DNA of 43,597 nucleotides from a virus (IMGVR_UViG_3300034130_000039:1-43597); one strand, 5' to 3'; shown: positions 34,689 through 43,597, counted from the first letter of the stretch. Program-made: numbers and translations. The notes: generated from the sequence alone by a model not told the origin.

Positions 34689-35312
34689 TTAAGGAGATTT
34701 CATATTAAGGCGGCGCGTGGCCAGCCTCTTTTTCTGCGAGGCGCTGTTCTCCTCAGGTGTTGTATTCGCTTTACCTTTTTTTGCCGATGCGCTTCGCTGT
34801 TCGGGCGTTTTGGCGGCCTCCCGCTTAGTCGCAATTTCAGACCGTTGCTGTTTAGAGAAGCGAGCCCAGCGATTGCGGGAGATTTCGGAGCGTCGTGCGG
34901 GAGTTATTCCAGCTTGTGCTTTTTTCCTCGTTGAGCTGCGCACTTCGAATGTTTTAGCTGCTTCTCTTTTTTTGGCTACTGCGCTGCGTTCTTCCGGGGT
35001 TCCCCAGACCGGAATCCCGTCCCCGCCGACTGTATCGTTCACCAGTCGATGGCCCTTTGCGCGATGAGACGCTATCCAGCGGCGTTCCGCTTCGGCCCAA
35101 CCGTCACCCGTCCCGACTTCAATGACTTCCAGTAAGGGGCGGAGGCCGAGGCAAAAAAGAGAACAGATCCAGCGATCTTTATGTGTTCGGGGCTGATGAA
35201 GTGATTTGTTGATGTGTTCAGTCAGCCTCCGCGCGGCGCGCCGCATTGTCCACCCCACATAGCGAATCTCCTTGGTTCGCGGGTGTTTTAGGACGTAAAT
35301 AATCCAGTTCAT
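34689..35312 (-). CDS. Free-standing GIY-YIG homing endonuclease-like protein with TPE(E/Q)RS repeats
   Basis: IYVLKHPRTKEIRYVG...RL.EH...AERRWI...LVN.TVGGDG. Opposite strand to neighbours and visibly lower GC. Confidence 0.85.
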   Translation of the reverse strand: MNWIIYVLKHPRTKEIRYVGWTMRRAARRLTEHINKSLHQPRTHKDRWICSLFCLGLRPLLEVIEVGTGDGWAEAERRWIASHRAKGHRLVNDTVGGDGIPVWGTPEERSAVAKKREAAKTFEVRSSTRKKAQAGITPARRSEISRNRWARFSKQQRSEIATKREAAKTPEQRSASAKKGKANTTPEENSASQKKRLATRRLNMKSP

Positions 35313-35433
35313 CGGACCTCAAGTGTGCCATCCGAACCCTTGATTTACAAGGGCCGGAAGTACCAGAGGCCCCCTCATTTTGCAAGAAGACCCCGGCGTA
35401 ACGCGGCATCGCCAACCGCAGGAGACAAAACGT

Positions 35434-36420
35434 ATGAATGACGAACAAACCGGAGCCTCGTCGACTCCCGAAGAATTGAACGCCGCGCAGGACGCGGCCC
35501 TCGCGTCCAACGATTTCGCCGCTTACGAGCAGGCCGAAAACGCGCGCGACCAGAACACGGCGCTCCCCGAGGTCCCGCCCGCCTCATCCGAAAACACCCC
35601 GGTCCCGGAACCCGGAACCCCCGACAAAGCAATACAGGAGAAGAAACCGAAGACCGGCGAGGACCGGAAGGTAGAACTTAGAAACGAGATCGCGGAGCTG
35701 CTCAGGCAGCGCGCGGAACTGCAAGGCAAAACGGACACAGGCGACAAAGCGGCCCCGCCCCCCGCAACCGTCACGCCCCCGGCAGCCGCGGCGCCGGCGA
35801 CCGATAAAACGGCCGCCCCGAAGAAACCGAGCCTGAATGACTTCGCCACGTTCGCCGAATACGACGCCGCCAACGACGCCTACATCGCGGACCTGGTGAC
35901 GTTCAAAGCCAGCGAAGCGATCGCGGCAGCCGAGACGAAGCGCGCCGCCGCCGAACAGCAGAAAACGCTGTCGGACGCGTGGCAGTCGAAGGTAGCCGTC
36001 GCCAAAGAGGAACACGCGGATTTCGCTGACGTCGCGTTCAGCAAGGACACGCCCATTACGAACGTGATGGACGGGTTCATCCTCAAAAGCGAACACGGCC
36101 CGCGCATCCTCTACGCGCTCGGCGAGAACGGCTCGGCCGAAGGAAAGCGCATCGCGGGTCTTGACCCCTACGATGCGGTCCGCGCGCTCATCGAGATCGA
36201 GGCTGCACTGCCCGGCCAGAAAGCCGCGGCAGCCGGCAGCAACCGAATCCACCTGGTCCCTCCTGTAAAGAAACACACCGCAGCTCCCCCGCCCGCAACC
36301 GACCTCGGTGGCCATGCCACTGAACCGGCAGACGGCGCGGCAGCGGCACTTGCCGCAGGCGATTTCACACGCTACGAAGCGCTCGAAAACGCTCGCGAAA
36401 TCAAAGCCCGCCGCGGCTAA
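35434..36420 (+). CDS. Scaffolding protein
   Basis: AGGAG RBS; P...DF.TFAEY..A...Y and GP.ILY.L motifs; between portal and coat. Confidence 0.8.
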   Translation: MNDEQTGASSTPEELNAAQDAALASNDFAAYEQAENARDQNTALPEVPPASSENTPVPEPGTPDKAIQEKKPKTGEDRKVELRNEIAELLRQRAELQGKTDTGDKAAPPPATVTPPAAAAPATDKTAAPKKPSLNDFATFAEYDAANDAYIADLVTFKASEAIAAAETKRAAAEQQKTLSDAWQSKVAVAKEEHADFADVAFSKDTPITNVMDGFILKSEHGPRILYALGENGSAEGKRIAGLDPYDAVRALIEIEAALPGQKAAAAGSNRIHLVPPVKKHTAAPPPATDLGGHATEPADGAAAALAAGDFTRYEALENAREIKARRG

Positions 36421-36438
36421 CGCGGCGAAGGACCCCTC

Positions 36439-37677
36439 ATGCCTAACAATTTCGTCTTCGCGGATTGGGTAGCAACCGAAACGCTGAGGACTCTGAAGAA
36501 CAAATCGCAAATCGCGCAGTTCTTCAACACCGACTACAACAAGGAATTCCAGAAAAGCTATGCCATCGGCGACACGGTACGCGTGAAGCTCCCGCAACGC
36601 TTTCTGATCACCGACGGCCTGAATTATCAGGAGCAGCCCATCGATCGCCGGTATACCACCGTCTCGATCGACCAACCTTTCGGCGTCCACTTCGGATGGG
36701 ACGACATCGAAGCCGCCCTCAAGCTGGAGCGCCCGAACTCGGAAATCAAAAAAGAGTACATCATCCCAGCGGCCGAACAGCTCGCCGCCGAGCTGGACTC
36801 TCGCTGCTCGCTGTGGGCCAAGAACAACACGAACAACATCGTCGGCGTTCTCGGTGTCACCCCGACCGCTCCGCAGACCTACGGCGCCGCCCGCACGCGT
36901 CTCAATGAAAACTCGTGTCCCACCACCGACCGCGGCCTGGTGATGACGCCGACGATGGAAGAAACCATCAGCGCCAACACGCTGGTGAACTTCAATCCGC
37001 AGCCTGACATCAGCAAACTGTGGAAAGAAGGAAGCCTGGGCAAATTCCAGGGCTTCGACACCTACGAATCGAACCAGCTCTACGCGCACACCGCCGGCAC
37101 CTGGGCGGGCGCGGTCACCGTCAACGGCGGCGGCCAGTCCGGAAGCAGCCTGTCGATCAATTGCACCGCGGGCGACACGTTCAACATTGGCGACACGTTC
37201 AACATGGTGCTCGTCAACAACGCGAACCCGGTGACCCGGCGCAGCGTGGGACGGCTGAAGCAGTTCGTCGTCACCGCTCCGCTGGTAGGCCTCGGCGCCG
37301 GCAACGCGGCCGACGTGCTCCAATTCCTGCCCGCGATCGAGCTGCCTGGCTCGCAGTATCAGAACGTCGACGCCGGGCCCGCCACGGGCGCCGCATTGAC
37401 CCTGTTCCCTGGAACCGCCTCGCCCAACGGCAAGACGGGCTTCGTCGGAATGGGCCTGACCAAATACGCATTCGCGCTCGTGGGCGTGAAGCTCGAAAGC
37501 CCCACCTCGCAAGAGATGGCCGGCCAGATGCGCGACCCCGCGACGGGCCTCTCGGTCCGCTTCGTGCGGTCGTGGGATCAGCAGTCGAGCTCGATGCGCA
37601 ACAGATTAGAGATGGCGGTTGGGTATGGCAACCTCTATCCGGATAACGCGGCCGTGAGGATTCTCTCCCTCAGCTAA
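36439..37677 (+). CDS. Major capsid protein (P22 coat family)
   Basis: NTDYNKEF....IGDTVRVKLPQRF; G...GFD.YESNQ; GLSVRFVRSWD. Confidence 0.93.
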   Translation: MPNNFVFADWVATETLRTLKNKSQIAQFFNTDYNKEFQKSYAIGDTVRVKLPQRFLITDGLNYQEQPIDRRYTTVSIDQPFGVHFGWDDIEAALKLERPNSEIKKEYIIPAAEQLAAELDSRCSLWAKNNTNNIVGVLGVTPTAPQTYGAARTRLNENSCPTTDRGLVMTPTMEETISANTLVNFNPQPDISKLWKEGSLGKFQGFDTYESNQLYAHTAGTWAGAVTVNGGGQSGSSLSINCTAGDTFNIGDTFNMVLVNNANPVTRRSVGRLKQFVVTAPLVGLGAGNAADVLQFLPAIELPGSQYQNVDAGPATGAALTLFPGTASPNGKTGFVGMGLTKYAFALVGVKLESPTSQEMAGQMRDPATGLSVRFVRSWDQQSSSMRNRLEMAVGYGNLYPDNAAVRILSLS

Positions 37678-37736
37678 CACGCGACGGGGCGTCTGGCGCG
37701 GCCATCCCCGTTTCGATTCAAAAGGAAAAAACAACC

Positions 37737-38456
37737 ATGAAAACCCTCAAGACTCTGACCCTGTTCGCCACCTTCGCCGCGCTCGCCGCGGCGCAAGCCA
37801 CGCTCGTGACGCAAAGCACCATCACCGCCGCCATGACCGCCACGCAGAACTATGCGGTGCTCGCCTCGGCGACCAATGTCGCCGCCGCCCGCATGATCCT
37901 CATCGATTCCGAGCTGATGACCGTGGGTAAGTATTACGCCAGCGGCCTGACCGTTCCCGTCACCCGCGACAACACGGGCAAAAAGAGTTCGCACGCCTCG
38001 GGCGCGATGACTCTCGTCGGCTTGCCTCGCGCATTCGCGGCCTACGATCCCTATGGCTCCTGCACGGCCACCACTACGGTGTCGACTCCGTGGATCACGA
38101 TTGCCACCTCGGCCATCGGCGGCGACGCCCGCCAATGGCTTTGTTCCACCGTCGTCAATCGGTGGGTTCCCGGCTGGAACAACGACTTCGTTCCCGCACA
38201 ACCGACCGCCGCTGTGGCCTCGGCCGCCGGCCTGATCACGCCTTCCGGCCAGCTCTTTCATATCACCGGCGCGCTCGCCATCACCGGGTTTAACATCCCG
38301 CTCGGCTTCGCCTATGGCTCTTTCACGGTGATCCCGGACGGTGCGTTCACGACCACCACCGCGAACAACATCGCGCTCGCTTCGACGGGCGTGGTGTCGA
38401 AGCCTCTCACGTTCACTTACGACGCGAACTCGGGCAAGTTTTATCCGAGTTATTAG
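37737..38456 (+). CDS. Post-capsid (decoration-like) protein with Sec signal peptide
   Basis: MKTLKTLTLFATFAALAAA-Q; beta-rich; ends GKFYPSY. Confidence 0.7.
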   Translation: MKTLKTLTLFATFAALAAAQATLVTQSTITAAMTATQNYAVLASATNVAAARMILIDSELMTVGKYYASGLTVPVTRDNTGKKSSHASGAMTLVGLPRAFAAYDPYGSCTATTTVSTPWITIATSAIGGDARQWLCSTVVNRWVPGWNNDFVPAQPTAAVASAAGLITPSGQLFHITGALAITGFNIPLGFAYGSFTVIPDGAFTTTTANNIALASTGVVSKPLTFTYDANSGKFYPSY

Positions 38457-38482
38457 CCGAAGCCCCGACTCCTTCCTTTTCG

Positions 38483-38513
38483 CGGGCGGTTAGCAAAGAC
38501 CGCCCGTCTTTTT
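38483..38513 (+). terminator. Intrinsic terminator within the late operon
   Basis: cgggcggt/accgcccg stem followed by TCTTTTT. Confidence 0.7.
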
Positions 38514-38534
38514 CCGACTTAGCCAAAGGAAACC

Positions 38535-39257
38535 ATGCGCACTCTCCGAGCTTTCGTTCTAACTTTCGCTTTAACTCTGACGCTTGCCGCGCAGAGCCTA
38601 AGCCCGATCTTCAACACTCAGGACCAGGTCCAGTTCAACGCGGCTTACAAAGCCTCGCTGCCTCCGGACCTGATCGCGTTCATGGCGCTGCCTTACAACG
38701 CGTCCGACTTCGGGATTTCGGCCACCACCCTCATCACCCGAACGACGCCCTCCGTGCTCTTGCCGATCGCGGGCAAGTATAAGCTCGACACGCAAATTAT
38801 GTTGTGGGGCTGGGACCCCTACATCACCGACCTGATCAGAATTGTGCAGGGCTACGCCTGGGTGCCGTCATTCGGCCAGGCCAACATCGCGGTCGGGCCC
38901 GGCATCTCGCCGGCGCTCGTGGCCGCGGCCGGTACCGCCGCTTACGATCCGGCGTCGCCGCCGGCGGGCTCCATCCTCATGCCCGTGGTGGACGCCTCGG
39001 GCAAGATGGCCCTGCCGCTCCCCTATTCGCCGCCCGTGCTGATCCTTCCCCCGATCACCACCGACCCGGTTGGATTTCTCGAGATGCCATTCGGCGCGCC
39101 TGGCGGAACGGGCGACTGGTATAGCGTCCTCACCGGCGACAAGAGCCCGGTCGGAACCGTGTCAAGCGACACCCGCGGCACGTTTCAAAAACAGTATGAG
39201 GGATTCGCCAACGTCGCCGACCCCGGCGTGGTGAGCGTTTTTTGGGTCAAGCAGTAA
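38535..39257 (+). CDS. Pro-rich protein with Sec signal peptide
   Basis: MRTLRAFVLTFALTLTLAA-Q; AAGGA RBS. Confidence 0.75.
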   Translation: MRTLRAFVLTFALTLTLAAQSLSPIFNTQDQVQFNAAYKASLPPDLIAFMALPYNASDFGISATTLITRTTPSVLLPIAGKYKLDTQIMLWGWDPYITDLIRIVQGYAWVPSFGQANIAVGPGISPALVAAAGTAAYDPASPPAGSILMPVVDASGKMALPLPYSPPVLILPPITTDPVGFLEMPFGAPGGTGDWYSVLTGDKSPVGTVSSDTRGTFQKQYEGFANVADPGVVSVFWVKQ

Positions 39258-39279
39258 AAGAAAAAAGGAAACCATCACC

Positions 39280-39537
39280 ATGTTCAAGAGACAAGACAAT
39301 CAGGCGCGCGACAAGCAGGTTCATCCGCGCCCATCTCCCGTTCCCGCCGGCACGAAAGAGTACCCGGCCGTTGTGTACCTCGGGACCGACGCGCACAAGA
39401 TCGTGAGAAACGAGAAGGAAGAAAACGACGCTACCGCGGCCGGCTGGTCGCGCACGGCTCCGAATCCCAATGCGCCGGCGAAGCCGAAGCCCGTCGCGCC
39501 CGTGGTAGTAGTCAATCCCACCGCACCGAAGGTCTAA
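39280..39537 (+). CDS. Hypothetical protein (EYP..VY...IV.NE.EE......GW)
   Basis: Small protein type commonly seen after capsid genes; AAGGA RBS. Confidence 0.7.
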   Translation: MFKRQDNQARDKQVHPRPSPVPAGTKEYPAVVYLGTDAHKIVRNEKEENDATAAGWSRTAPNPNAPAKPKPVAPVVVVNPTAPKV

Positions 39538-39541
39538 GCCA

Positions 39542-39757
39542 ATGCTGTACGACTCGTTCGGCCGGCGCATCCGGAAGCCGCACCTCTATGGCTTCGCCCA
39601 TGTTCCGGCCGTCGAGCCGCGGCGGCCGCCCAAGGAAGACGGGCTGGCCGATGCAATTGGATTCTCGGTCGAGATCTCGACGGATGACGATGACGACGAA
39701 AAGGAAGAAATAACAATATGCCAGCAGCAGCAGGGCCCCTCAAACACGGGCTCGTAA
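39542..39757 (+). CDS. Hypothetical acidic protein
   Basis: Fills the gap; overlaps the next gene by 40 nt. Confidence 0.45.
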   Translation: MLYDSFGRRIRKPHLYGFAHVPAVEPRRPPKEDGLADAIGFSVEISTDDDDDEKEEITICQQQQGPSNTGS

Positions 39758-39984
39758 GCACACCCGCGGTAAGCGCGGCGGCGATCACACCAAGCGATAC
39801 CGCGGACCTCCCCACGCCGACGCGCGGCATCTATGTCGGAGTGGGCGGCAACCTCACGGTGAACATGCTCGAAGACGATAACGTCGTTTTCGTAGGACTC
39901 CTGCCCGGAGTAATTCATCCGATTGCCTGCTCGCGAATTTTCGCCACCGGAACGACCGCGGCCAGCATCGTCGGGATTTTTTAA
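39718..39984 (+). CDS. Head spike base protein (RcGTA Rcc01079-like)
   Basis: AITPSDTADL...TRGIYVGVGGNL.V...G...PI...RI.ATGTTA..IV. Confidence 0.8.
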   Translation: MPAAAGPLKHGLVSTPAVSAAAITPSDTADLPTPTRGIYVGVGGNLTVNMLEDDNVVFVGLLPGVIHPIACSRIFATGTTAASIVGIF

Positions 39985-39985
39985 G

Positions 39986-40525
39986 ATGGGCGACTTTGCC
40001 ATCGGCATAGGCCTCGGCGTATGCCTGGGTCGCGCATTGCAAGGAACGCCGGCCCAGAATTTCATGGTGTGGAGTGAGGACTTCACGAATGCGGCATGGG
40101 CGAAGATCGCCATTACGGCAACGCCGGCCTACGCGGTGGGACCGGACGGCATCACAGGCTCCGCGCAACGGCTACAAATTCCGGCCAGCTCACAGTTGTA
40201 TCAGTATGTTACTCCGCTCGCCCTGGGCGCAGGCCCGTTCACGCTGTCGGTCTGGCTCAGAAGCAATACCGGAGGCAACCAGAGTTTGCGGCTGATGCTC
40301 TATGACGTCCTCAACAACTCCTTCTACTCGCCCAACCTTGTGGTGACTCCCAGTTGGCAGCGGTTTTCGGTATCCGCCACAACACCTGGAAGTCTTTCCT
40401 ATTCCGAATTGGTCAGAAACGACACCGGCAACGACGCGGCGGACGTTCAAGCGTGGGGCGCGCAACTCAACCGCGGCCTCTCCGTTATCACCTACAGCAA
40501 AACCACCTCGGCAATCAACCCGTAA
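39986..40525 (+). CDS. Head spike fibre-like protein (Rcc01080-like / CBM jelly-roll)
   Basis: IGIGLG anchor; N...WSEDF.NAAW.K; TLSVWLRS; WQRFSV; WGAQL. Confidence 0.7.
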   Translation: MGDFAIGIGLGVCLGRALQGTPAQNFMVWSEDFTNAAWAKIAITATPAYAVGPDGITGSAQRLQIPASSQLYQYVTPLALGAGPFTLSVWLRSNTGGNQSLRLMLYDVLNNSFYSPNLVVTPSWQRFSVSATTPGSLSYSELVRNDTGNDAADVQAWGAQLNRGLSVITYSKTTSAINP

Positions 40526-40558
40526 TGCCCGCGCCGTTTCGCGGCGCAAGGACCCCCC

Positions 40559-41254
40559 ATGCTCGTCAGTGACGTCATCTTCAACTCGTTCCTCGATATG
40601 GGCGCCGTCGCGCCCGGCGAGACGCTCACGGCCGCGGAATCCGCCGACGCGTTCGCGCGGCTCAACATGCTGCTGTCGAGCTGGTCGACCGAGGGCATCA
40701 CAGTTCCCTCGCTGCTTCACGGCCCGTTCACGGTCGCCGCCGGCACCAACAATTACACGTTCGGCGTGGGCGGCACGCTCGCTACCACGTCGCGGCCGAT
40801 CCGCGTCACTGGCGCGCAAAGCGTTTCCGGCAATTTCCGAATGGGCATGAAGGTCATGAGCTTCGATCAGTTCGCGCAAGAAGTCTCGGACCCGATCGCG
40901 TCTGCTTCCGTGCTGGCCGAAGTGCTCGCCGCGGACGGCTCTTTCCCGCTGATCAATCTTCGCGTTCATCCGATGCCGGCGGCATTGCCGGGTATTTTGT
41001 GGCTCGACTACTGGGCGGCGATCGCGCAGTTCGTCACCGTAGGCGACACGCTCAACCTCCCGGACGGCTGGCCCGACGCGCTGCACTTCAATCTCGCCCT
41101 CGCATTGCTGCCTCAATACGGGCGCGCGGGCGGGGCAGATCCGATGCTGCTCCAGAACGCGAAGCGCACCAAAGACGCGCTCAATAACCTGTACGCGCAG
41201 ATTAACCCGCTGCCGCAGGGCCCGCCGCAGCCGCAGCAGCAGGGAGGTCAGTAA
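40559..41254 (+). CDS. Head-to-tail adaptor, P22 gp4-like (copy 1)
   Basis: DVI...F...G..APGET...E..DA..RLN.LL.SW; LP.GW..AL..NLA..L.PQYG. Confidence 0.8.
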   Translation: MLVSDVIFNSFLDMGAVAPGETLTAAESADAFARLNMLLSSWSTEGITVPSLLHGPFTVAAGTNNYTFGVGGTLATTSRPIRVTGAQSVSGNFRMGMKVMSFDQFAQEVSDPIASASVLAEVLAADGSFPLINLRVHPMPAALPGILWLDYWAAIAQFVTVGDTLNLPDGWPDALHFNLALALLPQYGRAGGADPMLLQNAKRTKDALNNLYAQINPLPQGPPQPQQQGGQ

Positions 41255-42006
41255 TGGCCGACCCGACCATCACGTGCGCGCAGCTCATCGGCTCGGCTCT
41301 GAGGATCGCAGGCATCACCGGGCGGCCTGGACGCATCTCATCTCCGGACCAGTCCACCGAAGCGATCGCCGCGTTAAACAGAATGCTCGGTTCGTGGAAT
41401 TGCGACCCGCTGAAAGTCTTCGAGACGCAGGTTGATCGATACGCACTCACCCCCCAACAAACCGACTACTTCATCGGCCCGACCGGCGATTTCGTCGCGC
41501 CGCGTCCCATCAAGATCGTGCGCGCCAACATCGTGCTCACCGACGAAGCTCCGGAGCTGCACAAGCCCCTGCGCGTCGTCGAAGTGACCGACTGGGCCGA
41601 CATCGTATTCCCCGAACTGGAGGCCGGCGCATGGCCCGCGGTGCTCTATAACGACCACGCGATGCCCGACTCGAAGCTCTATCTCTATCCGCAACCGATC
41701 GCGGCAAACGACCTGGAGCTGTTCACGTTGAGCGCGATTCAGCAGTTCGTGGCACTCACCGACGTCGTGGAGCTTCCGGACGGCTACGAGGAAGCGATCG
41801 TCTACAACCTGGCGCTCCGCGTCGCCTCGCATTACCCGACCCAGGCGAGTCTCGCGCCCGAAGCGCCCGATCTCGCGAACGAAGCGCTCGCCCGCATCCA
41901 GTCGAACAACGCGCCGGTACCGCGGCTCCGCAACGACGCTGCCGGCCTCGGACACGGCGCGCGCAACGCCGACAGCCGCTGGTGGCTCTCGGGAGGCTTC
42001 GAGTAA
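41254..42006 (+). CDS. Head-to-tail adaptor, P22 gp4-like (copy 2)
   Basis: LI..ALR..GI..........EA...LN.ML.SW; LPDGYEEAIVYNLALR....Y. Confidence 0.8.
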   Translation: MADPTITCAQLIGSALRIAGITGRPGRISSPDQSTEAIAALNRMLGSWNCDPLKVFETQVDRYALTPQQTDYFIGPTGDFVAPRPIKIVRANIVLTDEAPELHKPLRVVEVTDWADIVFPELEAGAWPAVLYNDHAMPDSKLYLYPQPIAANDLELFTLSAIQQFVALTDVVELPDGYEEAIVYNLALRVASHYPTQASLAPEAPDLANEALARIQSNNAPVPRLRNDAAGLGHGARNADSRWWLSGGFE

Positions 42007-43597
42007 ATGAAAATCCCCCTGGTCGGCGAAGACTACGCGTCGCGCTCGCCGGCGGTCAGCGCGCAAACCTGCATCAACCTGTTTCCCGCGATGATCGACG
42101 ACCCGAATGAAGCGGCGGTCGCTGCTACCGCGATCGCGCCGGCGACGGGAAAGAACAAAGCGGTGCTGTTCGGCGTTCCGGGCAAGCACGGCTTCGGTGC
42201 GGCGGCTCTGGCGACCGCGGGCGCCGGCAATCCTCTCGGAGTATGGTCCGGAGGCGGGCGCTTGTTCGTCGTGTGCCTCCAAGCATCGGGCGCCGGCCCC
42301 TACATCATGATTGAGGTCAGTCAGGCCGGAGCCGCGATTTCGGTGTCTCTGTTCGGGCCCGGCGCGCCGCCATCGACGCCCGTTCAAATGTACGGCAACG
42401 GCAACCAGCTTTTCATCGTGGCCGGCGGCTTCGCCTACATCGCGAACCCGCCGGCGGCCATCACCGTGGTGCGCGTCGGAGATTACGTGGGCTATGTGAC
42501 CACGGCCGGAACCGCTGTCACCTGGGACCCCGGCAACGGCATCAACCAAGACGACCAATTCGACATCACCTGGGTCGCCGGCACCAGCATCCTGATCAAC
42601 CTGGTGGCATACTTCATCGCATCCGTCACGGACGCGACGCACCTGGTGCTTCAGTCCTCGGCCGGCATTCAAGCTCCCGTGGCCTACGCGGTATTCGCCG
42701 GCTTCAGCCTCGACGCGATCACCGGCGCCTATCTCGCCGACTCGTTCCTCGTCAACCGCGCGCGCGGCCTTACGCCCGACGTCGGCCGCCAAATCAATTT
42801 CTCTGCCGTGCTCGATGGCACCAGCTTCAACGGGCTCGATTTTTTCTCGAAGGAAACCTACGCCGATTACGTCCGGTCCATCCTCGCCGACTGCAACCAG
42901 CTCTACGTGTGGGGCGACGAAACGTTTGAAGTGTGGCAGGCGAACCCCAACACGACGCAGGATTCCAACGCCTTCATTCAAGTGTTCGGCGCCGCCGGCA
43001 GCTACGGCAACATCAGCCCGTGGGGGCAGGTCGCGATCGACGGCAAAGTCTTCTTTCTCGGCTCCAATCGCAAGGGCAACGTCTCGGCCTATTTTCTGAA
43101 CGGCTTCACGCCCGTGCGGATTTCAAACCACGCGCAAGAGGCAAGCTGGAAAGCAGCCGGCCTCGGACCAGGCGCGGTCAGCTATGCCTATTCCGAGGAC
43201 GGCCATTCGTTTTGGGTCATCAACTTCGGCGCGCAGACGTGGGTCTATGAGGCTGAAACAGGCGCCTGGCATCAGCGCGCCAAATGGGCGGCCGGCGTGT
43301 TCTCGCCGTACCAGACCAATCTGCACACCTTCATACCGGAGTGGGGCACCGGCGGAATGCACATCACTGCCTGGACCGGCGGGCCCGGCCTGTTCGAGTC
43401 GAGCCTCAATTTCTACGACGACGCCGGCACAGACATCGGCTGGCAGCGCGCGCTGCCTTATATCTACGCCGGCGGCAAGCGACAATTCTTTGGCCGGCTC
43501 GACCTCGAAATGGAAACCGGATCTGCGCCCGCGGGCTTGCCCACGATCACCTACGACTACTCCGACGACCGCGGCGTCACATTCATCAATCCGCGCG
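42007..43597 (+). CDS. P22 gp10-like tail hub protein, N-terminal part (continues through the join to 285; about 582 aa total)
   Basis: MKIPLVGEDYASRS.......CINLFP; Y.EDGHSFWVINF....W.Y...TG.WH.R. Absent from the ORF track because it wraps. Confidence 0.85.
   Translation, partial: MKIPLVGEDYASRSPAVSAQTCINLFPAMIDDPNEAAVAATAIAPATGKNKAVLFGVPGKHGFGAAALATAGAGNPLGVWSGGGRLFVVCLQASGAGPYIMIEVSQAGAAISVSLFGPGAPPSTPVQMYGNGNQLFIVAGGFAYIANPPAAITVVRVGDYVGYVTTAGTAVTWDPGNGINQDDQFDITWVAGTSILINLVAYFIASVTDATHLVLQSSAGIQAPVAYAVFAGFSLDAITGAYLADSFLVNRARGLTPDVGRQINFSAVLDGTSFNGLDFFSKETYADYVRSILADCNQLYVWGDETFEVWQANPNTTQDSNAFIQVFGAAGSYGNISPWGQVAIDGKVFFLGSNRKGNVSAYFLNGFTPVRISNHAQEASWKAAGLGPGAVSYAYSEDGHSFWVINFGAQTWVYEAETGAWHQRAKWAAGVFSPYQTNLHTFIPEWGTGGMHITAWTGGPGLFESSLNFYDDAGTDIGWQRALPYIYAGGKRQFFGRLDLEMETGSAPAGLPTITYDYSDDRGVTFINPR
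43471..43597 (+). repeat. Terminal direct repeat copy 2 (assembly circularisation overlap)
   Basis: Identical to 1-127. Confidence 0.95.

Larger units (their letters stand above)
1..43470. mobile_element. Complete circular P22-like (podovirus-type) bacteriophage genome, possibly a phage-plasmid
   Basis: Full packaging/head/tail/ejection gene set in P22 order. The ends overlap exactly and an ORF continues across the join. No host housekeeping genes. Confidence 0.95.

Noticed and set aside
35584-37512. 642-aa minus-strand ORF
   Set aside because: Shadow of the scaffold and capsid genes.
41374-42981. 535-aa minus-strand ORF
   Set aside because: Shadow of gp4/gp10; the real gene is the plus-strand ORF from 42007 that wraps the join.
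43471-43597. 127-bp terminal repeat as a biological DTR or att site
   Set aside because: It lies mid-gene and equals a common assembler k-mer. A P22-like terminase implies circularly permuted headful packaging.
1-43597. tRNA/rRNA genes, IS elements, integrase, ParA, stop-codon recoding
   Set aside because: None recognised by eye. Genes are intact under the standard code with dense coupling. tRNAscan and HMM searches were not run.

Overview
This window is a complete, circularly assembled ~43.47 kb phage genome. Positions 1-127 repeat exactly at 43471-43597, and the gp10-like gene reads in frame across that join. The virion module is P22-like (podovirus): TerS, TerL, portal, scaffold, P22-type coat, two gp4-like adaptors, gp10, tailspike, gp14-like GNAT and three ejection proteins. 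A single rightward late arm runs from ~24.8 kb around the join to 9959. A mostly leftward early/replication arm spans 14.6-22.6 kb, and a divergent switch region lies at 11.4-11.75 kb. I found no tyrosine or large serine integrase and no cI-type HTH repressor. There is instead a small resolvase with a res-like site and a rep-like gene with a leader peptide and a candidate antisense RNA, suggesting a phage-plasmid. The host is probably a high-GC diderm, possibly Acidobacteriota (inference only). The most unusual features are: (i) Sec signal peptides on the only tailspike and on two post-capsid proteins, plus a Tat-signal-fused third copy of the gp4 adaptor fold; (ii) a late cascade of a truncated FliA-like sigma factor, two near-identical leaderless promoters with a FliA-like -10, and a NusG paralogue instead of Q; (iii) a 64-aa non-HTH basic protein at the cI position surrounded by three operator-like repeats; (iv) a divergent Acb2/Tad1-like sponge. 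All family calls come from motif recognition by eye, without database searches.
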